From Deltaproteobacteria bacterium (lineage in GTDB: Bacteria; Desulfobacterota; Syntrophia; Syntrophales; UBA6807), in the NCBI GenBank assembly GCA_016935565.1, contig JAFGQS010000110.1:27532-91531 (forward strand): 64,000 bases of DNA. The letters run 5' to 3'. Below the pieces are notes generated by a model that saw only the letters and a program-made list of their open reading frames with translations, had not been told where the DNA came from and ran no database searches. A program made the translations under genes and the position numbers. Position 1 is the first letter of the stretch; every line of letters begins with the position of its first letter. Positions 9,011 to 18,183 of the stretch are shown one piece after another.

Positions 9011-11087
9011 TTTTCAACCCCAGTACCCCTAAAGATCTGATGTTAACATCGTGAGTGATCTCGTTATGAGATAACACGGCAATGTGAGGGAAAAACTTCT
9101 CCAGTATCTTCCTTACATGTATTCTCGTATGAGGCGAACACAGAACAATCGGTTGTAATCCCCTTGCAGTAAATGTCTTGATGAAATTCTGAAGGTTGCT
9201 GACAATATTTTGAATCAGATTGGGATCGGCCGCTACGAATGATTCATATTCAGTATGTTGAATAGCCTTATCAATGTTCTCCTCAAAGCCGGGGGAAACC
9301 ATAACAACAGAAATGTTACCATCGCCATCCTGATATTGCCTCGTAATGGTCCTTGCTAATGACTGTCGTACATATCCTGTTAATATATCAGCATTTTTTG
9401 TCATAACAGCATAGTCTGCCAGTGTTTCCAGAATGGTGAGAAGATCACGAATAGAAACTTTCTCACGTAAGAGCCTCTGCAGTACCTTATGGAGTGTACC
9501 AAGAGGTACTATATTCGGAACGAGTTCCGCCACGACCTTGGGATGGGTAACTGATAAAGTATCGAGCAGTGATTGAACATCCTGCCTGCCCAGCAACTCG
9601 TCAGCATGTGTTTTCACAATTTCCGTTATATGGGTCGTGATGACGGTGGCAGGATCGACAACCACAATACCCTGTGCCTGAGCTCCTTCCTTTTCTTTCT
9701 TATCGATCCATTTAGCCGGCAGGCCGAACGCAGGCTCTTCGGTATCGATACCCTTTAATTTCATTTTGCTGTCCTCGGGCATTATGGCGAGATAATGACC
9801 CATCATCAGATCCCCTTTCGCCACATGAGATCCTTTAAGTTTAAGGACATATTCATTGGGTTGTAACTGAAGGTTATCCCTGATGTGAATAGCCGGTATG
9901 ATAAAACCCATTTCAACGGCAAGCTGTTTCCTCAAAGCTCTCACTCTCTGAAGTAATTCTCCTCCCTGACTTGCATCAACGAGGGGAATCAGACTATATC
10001 CTACTTCAAGTTCCAGGATATCAAGAGGCAGGAGGGTTTCCACCGACTCTGTTGGTGTTTCTATTGGTGGTTCTTCTTCCGCCATCTCTTTCTCTTTTTT
10101 TGATGACTGCATCACCACATAGGCAACGACTGACACGGCAAATGCTATGAGCATAAACGATATTTTTGGCATGCCGGGAATCAGACCAAACAGAAACAGC
10201 ATACCAGCGGCGGTTGCAATTGCCTTCGGCTGAGCGAAGAGTTGAATTTTTACTTCATTACTTAAATCAGAAGATGCCGTGGAACGTGTAATAAGCATTC
10301 CGGCAGCGGTCGATACGATCAAGGCCGGAATCTGAGTTACCAGACCATCACCCACGGTGAGAAGAGTATACGTGTGAGCGGCTTCAACAACAGGCATACC
10401 TTGTTGGAGGACACCGATGATTAAACCACCAAGAATATTGATAATGGTAATTATGATTCCTGCGATGGCATCTCCTCTGACAAATTTACTGGCTCCGTCC
10501 ATGGCACCGTAGAAATCAGATTCCCGCGCAACATCTCCCCGTCTTTTTCTCGCTTCGGCATCTGTTATCAGACCCGCATTGAGATCTGCGTCAATGCTCA
10601 TCTGCTTACCTGGCATAGCATCAAGGGTAAACCGTGCAGCTACTTCTGCAATCCTCGTTGCACCTTTCGTTATGACAATAAAATTGATCAGAACAAGCAC
10701 CAGAAATACGATGAGTCCAACCAAGAAATTACCCCCGACGACAAAGGTACCGAAGGCCTTGATAACCTGTCCCGCTGCCGACGTACCCTCGCTACCATGG
10801 AGAAGGATAAGACGGGTAGAAGCTACATTGAGGGACAAACGAAGCAATGTGGCAGTTAAGAGGACAGAAGGGAACACCGAAAAATCGAGCGGTCTCAACA
10901 CATATACAGCAACCAGCAAGATAATCAAAGCAAATGTAATATTAAAAGAAAGGAGGATATCGAGTACAAACGGAGGCAGAGGAATCATCATAACCAGCAG
11001 TATTCCGGTTATCCCGAGAGCCATGACCGTACTGCTGCTTCTTAACCAACCTGTTAAATTTTTTCTTTCAGCGTAAGAACCTGTCAT
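9000..11087 (-). CDS. flhA: Flagellar export gate protein FlhA
   Basis: 695 aa. Conserved FHIPEP region (FPSVLLTATLLRLSLNVASTRLIL, MPGKQMSIDADL) plus the large cytoplasmic domain. Confidence 0.97.
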   Translation of the reverse strand: MTGSYAERKNLTGWLRSSSTVMALGITGILLVMMIPLPPFVLDILLSFNITFALIILLVAVYVLRPLDFSVFPSVLLTATLLRLSLNVASTRLILLHGSEGTSAAGQVIKAFGTFVVGGNFLVGLIVFLVLVLINFIVITKGATRIAEVAARFTLDAMPGKQMSIDADLNAGLITDAEARKRRGDVARESDFYGAMDGASKFVRGDAIAGIIITIINILGGLIIGVLQQGMPVVEAAHTYTLLTVGDGLVTQIPALIVSTAAGMLITRSTASSDLSNEVKIQLFAQPKAIATAAGMLFLFGLIPGMPKISFMLIAFAVSVVAYVVMQSSKKEKEMAEEEPPIETPTESVETLLPLDILELEVGYSLIPLVDASQGGELLQRVRALRKQLAVEMGFIIPAIHIRDNLQLQPNEYVLKLKGSHVAKGDLMMGHYLAIMPEDSKMKLKGIDTEEPAFGLPAKWIDKKEKEGAQAQGIVVVDPATVITTHITEIVKTHADELLGRQDVQSLLDTLSVTHPKVVAELVPNIVPLGTLHKVLQRLLREKVSIRDLLTILETLADYAVMTKNADILTGYVRQSLARTITRQYQDGDGNISVVMVSPGFEENIDKAIQHTEYESFVAADPNLIQNIVSNLQNFIKTFTARGLQPIVLCSPHTRIHVRKILEKFFPHIAVLSHNEITHDVNIRSLGVLGLKNAA

Positions 11088-12175
11088 TGTCGTGAGTATC
11101 CCGATGATCGTTTCATTTTCATACGGTAGACGAATGCGAGCACTTCGGCAACCGCCTTATACAAATTAGTCGGTATCATGTGATCAATGTCCACTATCTT
11201 ATACAATACTTGTGCCAGGGGTTTGTTTTCGACGATGGGAACATTGTTTTTCTCTGCAATCTCTTTAATCTTAGCGGCAATATACCCCCTTCCCTTGGCA
11301 ATAACCTTTGGCGCTGACATATTTGACTGATCATATTCAAGAGCCACCGCAATGTGTGTGGGGTTTGTGATGACAACATCAGCCTTGGGAACCTGGGTCA
11401 TCATTCTTTTTCTTGCCGCTTCTCTCTGGAGATTCCTTATACGTGCCTTTATAAGGGGATCACCTTCTGTTTGCTTATATTCATCCTTCAGTTCCTGCTT
11501 TGACATCTTGAGATTCTTTTCAAAGTCCCACCGCTGAAAGATATAATCGAGTACTGCCAGGACAATGAGCACCCAGCAGGATCTGAACATAACCTTGAAA
11601 GCAGCCTTCCCGATGCAATTCAATACACCCCATATACTCTGATCCCCCAGAGGAATAAGATTTTTAATTTCTCCGACAACGGTTATATAAGCAACAAAAC
11701 CGATAAGCAGAATTTTAAAGATATTTTTTATTAACTCTACAAAGGACCTGGCAGAAAAGAGTCTCTTAAATCCCTTAATCGGATCAATCTTCGACAGTTT
11801 CGGTTGTATCGATTCCGAGGAAAAGATAAAGCCGATCTGGAAAACATTGGCAATAAACGCCACACAAACAACGGTCAGCATCAGAGGGGCAAGGAGGCCA
11901 AACGTCTTATATATCAGGGTGAGTATAAGAAGATGGATTGTATCGCCATTGATTACAAAGTGCCCCGATTCATGAAGTGTCCATCTCATGAGACCCATCA
12001 TCTTTTCGACCATTATGGCTGAACTAAAGTAGAAAAGTGTCAGGCAGGCCATCAGTATTGCCACCGAGGTAATCTCCTGGCTCTTCGCTACCTGTCCCTT
12101 TTCCCGCGCTTGTTCTCTCCGTCGCGAAGTAGGTTGTTCAGTTTTTTCCTGATCCTTATTTTGTTCATCGGACAT
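11084..12175 (-). CDS. flhB: Flagellar export switch protein FlhB
   Basis: 363 aa. N-terminus EKTEQPTSRRREQAREKGQVAKS, four transmembrane segments, and the autocleavage motif NPTH in VVITNPTHIAVAL. Confidence 0.95.
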   Translation of the reverse strand: MSDEQNKDQEKTEQPTSRRREQAREKGQVAKSQEITSVAILMACLTLFYFSSAIMVEKMMGLMRWTLHESGHFVINGDTIHLLILTLIYKTFGLLAPLMLTVVCVAFIANVFQIGFIFSSESIQPKLSKIDPIKGFKRLFSARSFVELIKNIFKILLIGFVAYITVVGEIKNLIPLGDQSIWGVLNCIGKAAFKVMFRSCWVLIVLAVLDYIFQRWDFEKNLKMSKQELKDEYKQTEGDPLIKARIRNLQREAARKRMMTQVPKADVVITNPTHIAVALEYDQSNMSAPKVIAKGRGYIAAKIKEIAEKNNVPIVENKPLAQVLYKIVDIDHMIPTNLYKAVAEVLAFVYRMKMKRSSGYSRQ

Positions 12176-12343
12176 AGTCGAAATCCTAACGATCCTGTGA
12201 CGCTTGCGTCAAAAAACTATACAGATTTGAGGCTCAAGGCAAAGGGCAAAAGGCTTAAGGAGTAATAAAATATCCAGCTATACTTACGATACCACACCAT
12301 CATAGATTTCCCTTGGCCCATAGTCTTTCACCTTTTGCCCTGT

Positions 12344-13114
12344 TCACATAAGTTGCATAAGCAGTCTGATCTTTCCTTCAAACGTCACAAAGATTGTGCC
12401 TACGATCCTTACGAATATGGGCAGTGTCAGCCCGATACCGATGAGACCGATTCCTATCTTTAATGGAAAGCCGACAATAAATATATTGATCTGGGGAACG
12501 GTTCGTGCGATCAACCCCAGGCCAACGCTCGTCAATAATAATATTGTCATAATCGGCGCTCCTGTTTTGACTGCCACGATGAAAATATCTCTCGATAATG
12601 ATAGCAGTGATTCCATTAACGGTCCCGAAAAATGAAAATCGAGGGGAGGAATAATGTTGTAGCTCTCTGCAATAGCGTATAAAAAAACGTGATGTCCGTT
12701 CACTGCAAAAAATATCAATGCGGCAATGAGATACTGAAACTGAGCGACGATCGAAACCTGCGAACTGGAGACGGGATCGACTACATTGACAATGGCAAAT
12801 CCCATCTGAAAACCGACAAGTTGTCCTGCCAGTTGTATTCCCGCAAAGATCAATCTGCCCGTCAGACCTATAATGATTCCGATCAGAACTTCACCCGCCA
12901 TCTTCAAAACCAGGGGAATGATCTCGTATGAGGCCGCAGGATAGTGAACAAAGGGGAAAATCAAGAATGCGATAATAACCGACAGTCCACCTTTCACCCT
13001 CAGGGGAACCGTTGTGTTTCCCAGAATGGGAATAACGATGATAATTGCACTCACTCTCAAAAAAATGAGTACGAACGTTTCTATTTGTTCGGCTGTTATG
13101 GGTGGCATACTCAT
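12344..13114 (-). CDS. fliR: Flagellar export protein FliR
   Basis: 256-aa polytopic membrane protein in the fliPQR position. Confidence 0.9.
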   Translation of the reverse strand: MSMPPITAEQIETFVLIFLRVSAIIIVIPILGNTTVPLRVKGGLSVIIAFLIFPFVHYPAASYEIIPLVLKMAGEVLIGIIIGLTGRLIFAGIQLAGQLVGFQMGFAIVNVVDPVSSSQVSIVAQFQYLIAALIFFAVNGHHVFLYAIAESYNIIPPLDFHFSGPLMESLLSLSRDIFIVAVKTGAPIMTILLLTSVGLGLIARTVPQINIFIVGFPLKIGIGLIGIGLTLPIFVRIVGTIFVTFEGKIRLLMQLM

Positions 13115-13140
13115 AGTAACGTAACCGTTTAACCTTCACC

Positions 13141-13410
13141 CTACCGAATATACAGCGGGATGGAGTTAAAAAGGTTCTGGGTATACGTGATGATAACATT
13201 GATCATCCAGGGAAGAGCAATGATGAGTGCCACCATAACACCAATAATCTTGGGGACAAATGTTAACGTCATTTCCTGAACCTGCGTTACAGCCTGAAAA
13301 ATACTGATAACAAGACCGATAATGAGGCCCACGATAAGCATGGGAGCCGAAAGGAGAAGCGTAACTTTTACGGCTTCATTTGCTATGGACATTACAAAAT
13401 CGATAGACAT
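13141..13410 (-). CDS. fliQ: Flagellar export protein FliQ
   Basis: 89 aa with two transmembrane helices. Contains the QAVTQVQEMTLTFVPK motif. Confidence 0.9.
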   Translation of the reverse strand: MSIDFVMSIANEAVKVTLLLSAPMLIVGLIIGLVISIFQAVTQVQEMTLTFVPKIIGVMVALIIALPWMINVIITYTQNLFNSIPLYIR

Positions 13411-13431
13411 ATATCATTCTCCGTGTCGCTT

Positions 13432-14211
13432 TTAGCCAAAGCTCTGTACCAGCGAACCCACAATCAAATACCACCCGTCAACCAAGACAAATAACAGCAG
13501 CTTAAAGGGCAAGCTGACCATGATTGGAGGAAGCATCAACATTCCCATGGACAAGAGTACACTGGCAATAACCATATCAATGATCAGAAACGGGAGATAA
13601 ATCATAAACCCGATCTGAAATGCCGTTTTTAATTCACTGATTACAAATGCGGGGATCAGGACAGGAAGCCTGATATTTTCGGGTGTTTTCGGTCTTTCTC
13701 CCCTGGCAATCTTCACAAAGAGTGCCACATCCTTTTCTCTTGTTTGTTTTAACATAAACGTTCTGAGAGCCTGGGTTGTCACGGTGAGAGCTTTTTCAGA
13801 CGATATCTCATCATTAACATACGGCTGGAGCGCCTGGTTGTTTACCGTATTCCAGACAGGAGTCATAATGAAAAACGTCAGAAATAGAGCTAATCCGATG
13901 ATGATCTGGTTTGCCGGTATCTGCTGAGTGCCGAGGGCGTGCCTCAAGAGAGAAAGGACCACGACAATCCTGGTAAATGATGTCAGCATGATCAGTATGG
14001 CCGGAGCAAGTGACAAAATGGTGAGCATAAACAGCAACTGCAGAACAATCGCTACCTTGCCCGGTTCACTGTTACCATCTGAGAAATTCACGTTGATTGA
14101 AGGAATGGGAAAGGGTTTGCCCCATAACGGACTGACAAAAAGAAAAATTCCCAGAACTATAACAATGCTTATAAAGCATAATCGCCATTTCTTGGCTGAA
14201 CATTTATGCAT
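13432..14211 (-). CDS. fliP: Flagellar export protein FliP
   Basis: 259 aa. Signal peptide plus the conserved SFTRIVVVLSLLRHALGTQQIP and FKTAFQIGF blocks. Confidence 0.95.
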   Translation of the reverse strand: MHKCSAKKWRLCFISIVIVLGIFLFVSPLWGKPFPIPSINVNFSDGNSEPGKVAIVLQLLFMLTILSLAPAILIMLTSFTRIVVVLSLLRHALGTQQIPANQIIIGLALFLTFFIMTPVWNTVNNQALQPYVNDEISSEKALTVTTQALRTFMLKQTREKDVALFVKIARGERPKTPENIRLPVLIPAFVISELKTAFQIGFMIYLPFLIIDMVIASVLLSMGMLMLPPIMVSLPFKLLLFVLVDGWYLIVGSLVQSFG

Positions 14212-14611
14212 TTCCTCTATTATCCTTTACCGCGAAACTACAGAGGGAAAGCAATCTCGACTTGCAGAGTGCCAATTGATCAGAAAAAGAAGAGGCATTA
14301 TGTTCCTGCTGTTGCATGCCTCTTAATTGTTCGAAGACCTCTTGATCTTCAATCCGAGTCAGGAGTGATATCTGATGATTCGAGAGGCTGATAACCATCA
14401 GATTTCCTGAGACTTCAAGGAGCATTATTTTACTCTTGGGTCCCAGGTATTTCGTCGATATAATTTTTATCAATTCCCCATCATTAAAGTGCCCTCCCGT
14501 CTTTTTCATAATCCTTTTGATACAATATACCGTAAGAATCATTATACCAAGAACAACGGCGAGTGCCGAAAGGATTGTCAAAAAAGAGGGTAATAAATCC
14601 AATGAATTCAT
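14204..14611 (-). CDS. fliO: Flagellar protein FliO/FliZ
   Basis: 135 aa, single N-terminal transmembrane helix, position between fliN and fliP. The family is weakly conserved. Confidence 0.7.
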   Translation of the reverse strand: MNSLDLLPSFLTILSALAVVLGIMILTVYCIKRIMKKTGGHFNDGELIKIISTKYLGPKSKIMLLEVSGNLMVISLSNHQISLLTRIEDQEVFEQLRGMQQQEHNASSFSDQLALCKSRLLSLCSFAVKDNRGNA

Positions 14612-14633
14612 TATAATCTCTGTCTTTCTCAGG

Positions 14634-15170
14634 CTATTTCAGCTTATTGATCCTCTCCACATGAGAGACAACATCAGTCAACCGAACTCCGAACTTTTCA
14701 TTAACAACGACCACCTCACCTCTTGCAATCAATCTGTTGTTAACGAAAACGTCCATGGGCTCACCAGCAAGTTTGGTCAATTCAAGAACCGAACCCTGAC
14801 CTAAGTGAAGAAGGTCGTTAATCAACATTTTGCACCTGCCCAGTTCAACGGTCATTTCCAGGGGTATATCCAGGAGGAAATCTAATTCCAGTGAGTTGCC
14901 TCTCCGTTCACTACCTTGTACCTCTTCGAATTGAACGGTACTTACTTCTCTTTCCGAAACCGGATTTGCTGATCCGTTCAGCCCTTCCTGAACGTCATCC
15001 CAGCTAATGTCCTCGTCCTTCTCCGTAGAATCATCTGCTTTGTCTGCCTCAACCGCCTTCGCCGATGCTTTCATTTCTTCCTGGACATCATCCCAACCGA
15101 TGTCTTCGTCTGATGCCGCAGCCTTATCTTTTGTTACTTCATGTCGTTCACTCTGTTCCATAGCAACCAC
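14634..15170 (-). CDS. fliN: Flagellar C-ring protein FliN
   Basis: The C-terminal SpoA domain (LDIPLEMTVELGRCKMLINDLLHLGQGSVLELTKLAGEPMDVFVNNRLIARGEVVVVNEKFGVRLTDV) follows an acidic N-terminal extension. Confidence 0.9.
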   Translation of the reverse strand: MVAMEQSERHEVTKDKAAASDEDIGWDDVQEEMKASAKAVEADKADDSTEKDEDISWDDVQEGLNGSANPVSEREVSTVQFEEVQGSERRGNSLELDFLLDIPLEMTVELGRCKMLINDLLHLGQGSVLELTKLAGEPMDVFVNNRLIARGEVVVVNEKFGVRLTDVVSHVERINKLK

Positions 15171-15171
15171 C

Positions 15172-16146
15172 TCAGTCTTCCATAATGACCTGTGATATTT
15201 GTAATGCCTGGTTTCCCTTATATACTCCTGGTTGGCCTTTGAATTTCAAGAAACCCTCCACATAGACATCCAGATCATCACTATAATAACGATCAAGGAG
15301 AATAACGTCTCCCTTCTTCAAATTTGCAATTTCTCGCCCCTTAAGTTCCGTCTTGCCTAACAATACCTCCATATTTACGCTTGATAATCTGACTTCCGAT
15401 TCCAAGCTTTCTTTCCACTCGTCACTTACTTCCAGGTTGTCAACCTGATAGCCAGACCGCATTTTTTCCTTAATCGGTTCTATCGTCGAATAGGGAATAC
15501 ATAAAGTAATATTGCCCGAAGAAAAATCCATTTCTATCTCGAACACGGTCACAATCACGACTTCTGACGGTAAGACAATCTGGACGAACTGAGGATTAAC
15601 CTCCGATCTCTGGTACACTATATTGAGATTGATAAGCGGTTTCCATACCTTTTCAAGATCATTGAGTGCACTTAAAACAACCTTGCGTATAAGTCCGTTT
15701 TCGATCGCAGTAAAATCTCTCCCCTCAACTTTGAATGAATCCCGTCCCGTTCCACCGAAGAGTATGTCAACCAAGGTAAAAATAATTTTTGATTCAAATA
15801 CAAAAAGAGAGTTCCCCTTTAACGGATCCATTTTAAAGACATGCATACTCGTCGGTAATGGAACCGTTCTCATGAATTCCCCGTATTTCATCATTTTTAA
15901 TGATACGATATTGACACTTACAACCTTTCGCAACAATGAAGACATGGTCGTTCTGAACATCCGGGCAAACTGTTCTGTAAGCATTTCCAGGGTCGGCATT
16001 CTATCCCGTACGATTTTGTCCTGACTGGTCAAATCGTACGGGTGAGATATCGATTCGTCGATCGCCTCCGGCTCAGTTTCAATCTCACCCCCCGATATAC
16101 CCTTTAAGAGGGCATCCACCTCATCTTGCGATAGTATCTGAGACAT
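15172..16146 (-). CDS. fliM: Flagellar C-ring protein FliM
   Basis: 324 aa. The N-terminus ILSQDEVDALL is the CheY-P binding motif LSQxEIDALL. Confidence 0.95.
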   Translation of the reverse strand: MSQILSQDEVDALLKGISGGEIETEPEAIDESISHPYDLTSQDKIVRDRMPTLEMLTEQFARMFRTTMSSLLRKVVSVNIVSLKMMKYGEFMRTVPLPTSMHVFKMDPLKGNSLFVFESKIIFTLVDILFGGTGRDSFKVEGRDFTAIENGLIRKVVLSALNDLEKVWKPLINLNIVYQRSEVNPQFVQIVLPSEVVIVTVFEIEMDFSSGNITLCIPYSTIEPIKEKMRSGYQVDNLEVSDEWKESLESEVRLSSVNMEVLLGKTELKGREIANLKKGDVILLDRYYSDDLDVYVEGFLKFKGQPGVYKGNQALQISQVIMED

Positions 16147-16196
16147 AAATACCTTATCCCCCTGCTAATAAATATTATACAAATACCACTGACCCT

Positions 16197-16697
16197 TTAT
16201 TGAATGACAAATTCGGTAAAATAGACGTATTTGATTCTCCCTTTTGTCAAATAGCTATTAACACGCATGGCAATTTCATCTCTCAGCTGCTGTTTTCCGC
16301 CGTATCCTACGATTTCCTTGTATTTCTTCGATGAAAGGAGGTCCAAGACATTGTCCACTATCTTTGGTTTCAACACGTCTAATTCCGTTATACAATCCTG
16401 GCTCGATAATTCCACCTGAACAACCGCTTTCAGGTATCGTTCGCCATTGCCATCCATCAGGTTTACAATCATAGTACCCATAGGCCAGACGGCACCTATT
16501 AAAGGCTTTTGTTCTTCGACCTTCTTTTGCGAATTTGCCATGTGGGATTGATAATATTTCCACCCTCCAAAACCGGTGGCTGTCAAGATCAAAAGCACAA
16601 AAACAATGACAATCCATTTAATAATTGAGCCTTTACCTTTCTTCTTTTTTGAATCTTCATTTTCTTCAAGATTCTCATTTTTTTCTTCGTCAGCCAT
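16197..16697 (-). CDS. fliL: Flagellar basal-body-associated protein FliL
   Basis: 166 aa, one transmembrane helix, and the typical C-terminus ...YVYFTEFVIQ. Confidence 0.85.
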   Translation of the reverse strand: MADEEKNENLEENEDSKKKKGKGSIIKWIVIVFVLLILTATGFGGWKYYQSHMANSQKKVEEQKPLIGAVWPMGTMIVNLMDGNGERYLKAVVQVELSSQDCITELDVLKPKIVDNVLDLLSSKKYKEIVGYGGKQQLRDEIAMRVNSYLTKGRIKYVYFTEFVIQ

Positions 16698-16706
16698 CTC
16701 TCCTCC

Positions 16707-17390
16707 TTACTCTTTCAATGTTAAAATAATCTCCACTCTCCTGTTGAAAGCCCTGTTTGAGTCGCTTATATTCGCGAAACGGGGCCGCGCATCAGCATAA
16801 CCTGCCGCAGAAAGTCTTTCCGGAGAAATACCGCCGTCATGAATGAAATATTTAATAAGAGCGACAGCCCGTGCCGTCGAAAGCTCCCAGTTTGATGCAA
16901 AGTATTCATTACTGATGGGAACATTGTCCGTATGTCCTTCCACTCGTATTTGACAATCAGCATTTTTGAGAATAGGACTAAGCTTCTCAAGAACTGTCTG
17001 GTCCTTCTTTCCAAAGTCGGCTTTCGCTGTTTCAAATAACACCTTTTCTCCCATAATAATGGACACGCCATTCTCTGTCACTGTCGCATCAATTCCCGTT
17101 ATCTCGTTTAAATGATCGGCCAACGCTTCCTTCTTTTTTTCATATGTGAGTATTTGATTACCCCTGGGGGAAATGAAAGGGGTAAAAGCCCTTACACCGC
17201 TTAACTCTCCCCACTGCAACATCCCGAAGGCATCCTGGACGGAGCGACACATTTCCTTAACCTTGCCTGAATCCGTATCTGCCATGGAAAGAACCAAAAC
17301 AAAGAATGTAAGGAGCAGGGTAACCATATCGTTGAAGGTTGTAAGCCATTTTCCGCCCCCTTCTTCCTTATTTTTTGCTTTTTTCTTCAC
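16707..17390 (-). CDS. motB: Stator protein MotB (canonical, Asp-containing)
   Basis: 227 aa. The transmembrane segment KWLTTFNDMVTLLLTFFVLVL contains the conserved proton-channel Asp. OmpA-like C-terminus (SNWELSTARAVALIKYF, NRRVEI). Confidence 0.85.
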   Translation of the reverse strand: MKKKAKNKEEGGGKWLTTFNDMVTLLLTFFVLVLSMADTDSGKVKEMCRSVQDAFGMLQWGELSGVRAFTPFISPRGNQILTYEKKKEALADHLNEITGIDATVTENGVSIIMGEKVLFETAKADFGKKDQTVLEKLSPILKNADCQIRVEGHTDNVPISNEYFASNWELSTARAVALIKYFIHDGGISPERLSAAGYADARPRFANISDSNRAFNRRVEIILTLKE

Positions 17391-17412
17391 GTGCTATCTC
17401 TCTATGCAAGCG

Positions 17413-18183
17413 TTATTCTTCCCCTCGATATATCTCGAAATAAAATTCAACCCTCCGGTTTGTTTGTCTCTCTTTCGTTGTATCGTTCGATGCTATGGGA
17501 TGATACTCGCTAAATCCAACAGCGGCCAATCTCATCGGAGGGATTTTCCCCTTATCGAGAAAATACCGGAGGACGTTGACCGCTCGTGCCGTCGACAATT
17601 CCCAATTTGACGGAAATTGTTCAGTTTGTATGGGAACGTTATCCGTATGTCCCTCAATCCGTACGGAAAATTTGTTTTTTTTCATTACGGCAATCATTTT
17701 ATCGAGGTATGGAATCGCATTTTTGTTAATGGTTGCGACACCCGACGGAAACATAACACTGCTTCCGAATGTCGCCTTAAACCCCGTGTCCGTCCGTTCC
17801 ACATGAGCAACATTACCTATTCCCGCATTTTCGATAAATTCTGTCAGTGACGACATCCCCATGACAACCGATTTTTTATCACTTCCGATCATATCAGGTG
17901 TATTGCGTAAGATGGTACCGCCACCACCGGTCTTGCGTCCCGCCGTATAGGCCATGAATTTTCTCAAAGCGGATGATGATGACAGTCCGTCCATCATTGT
18001 CTTTTCCGAAGAAACCGAAAAACCCCGAATGAAGTTTGTCATCTTATTCTCTTCAACGGTTGAATAGGATACGAGCATGGCAAAAAAAGCGACTAGAATA
18101 AGAGCAAGAGAGCAATAGATCACCTCCCAACTGGCTACCGGTGCCCCACCTCCACCTTTATCCTTTTTATATTCCTCATTCAT
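17413..18183 (-). CDS. MotB-like OmpA-domain protein lacking the conserved channel Asp
   Basis: 256 aa. The transmembrane segment SWEVIYCSLALILVAFFAML aligns residue-for-residue with W-x3-Y-x-D-x8-FF of MotB, but has Ser at the Asp position. The OmpA-like C-terminus is intact (SNWELSTARAVNVLRYF, NRRVEF). Confidence 0.7.
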   Translation of the reverse strand: MNEEYKKDKGGGGAPVASWEVIYCSLALILVAFFAMLVSYSTVEENKMTNFIRGFSVSSEKTMMDGLSSSSALRKFMAYTAGRKTGGGGTILRNTPDMIGSDKKSVVMGMSSLTEFIENAGIGNVAHVERTDTGFKATFGSSVMFPSGVATINKNAIPYLDKMIAVMKKNKFSVRIEGHTDNVPIQTEQFPSNWELSTARAVNVLRYFLDKGKIPPMRLAAVGFSEYHPIASNDTTKERQTNRRVEFYFEIYRGEE

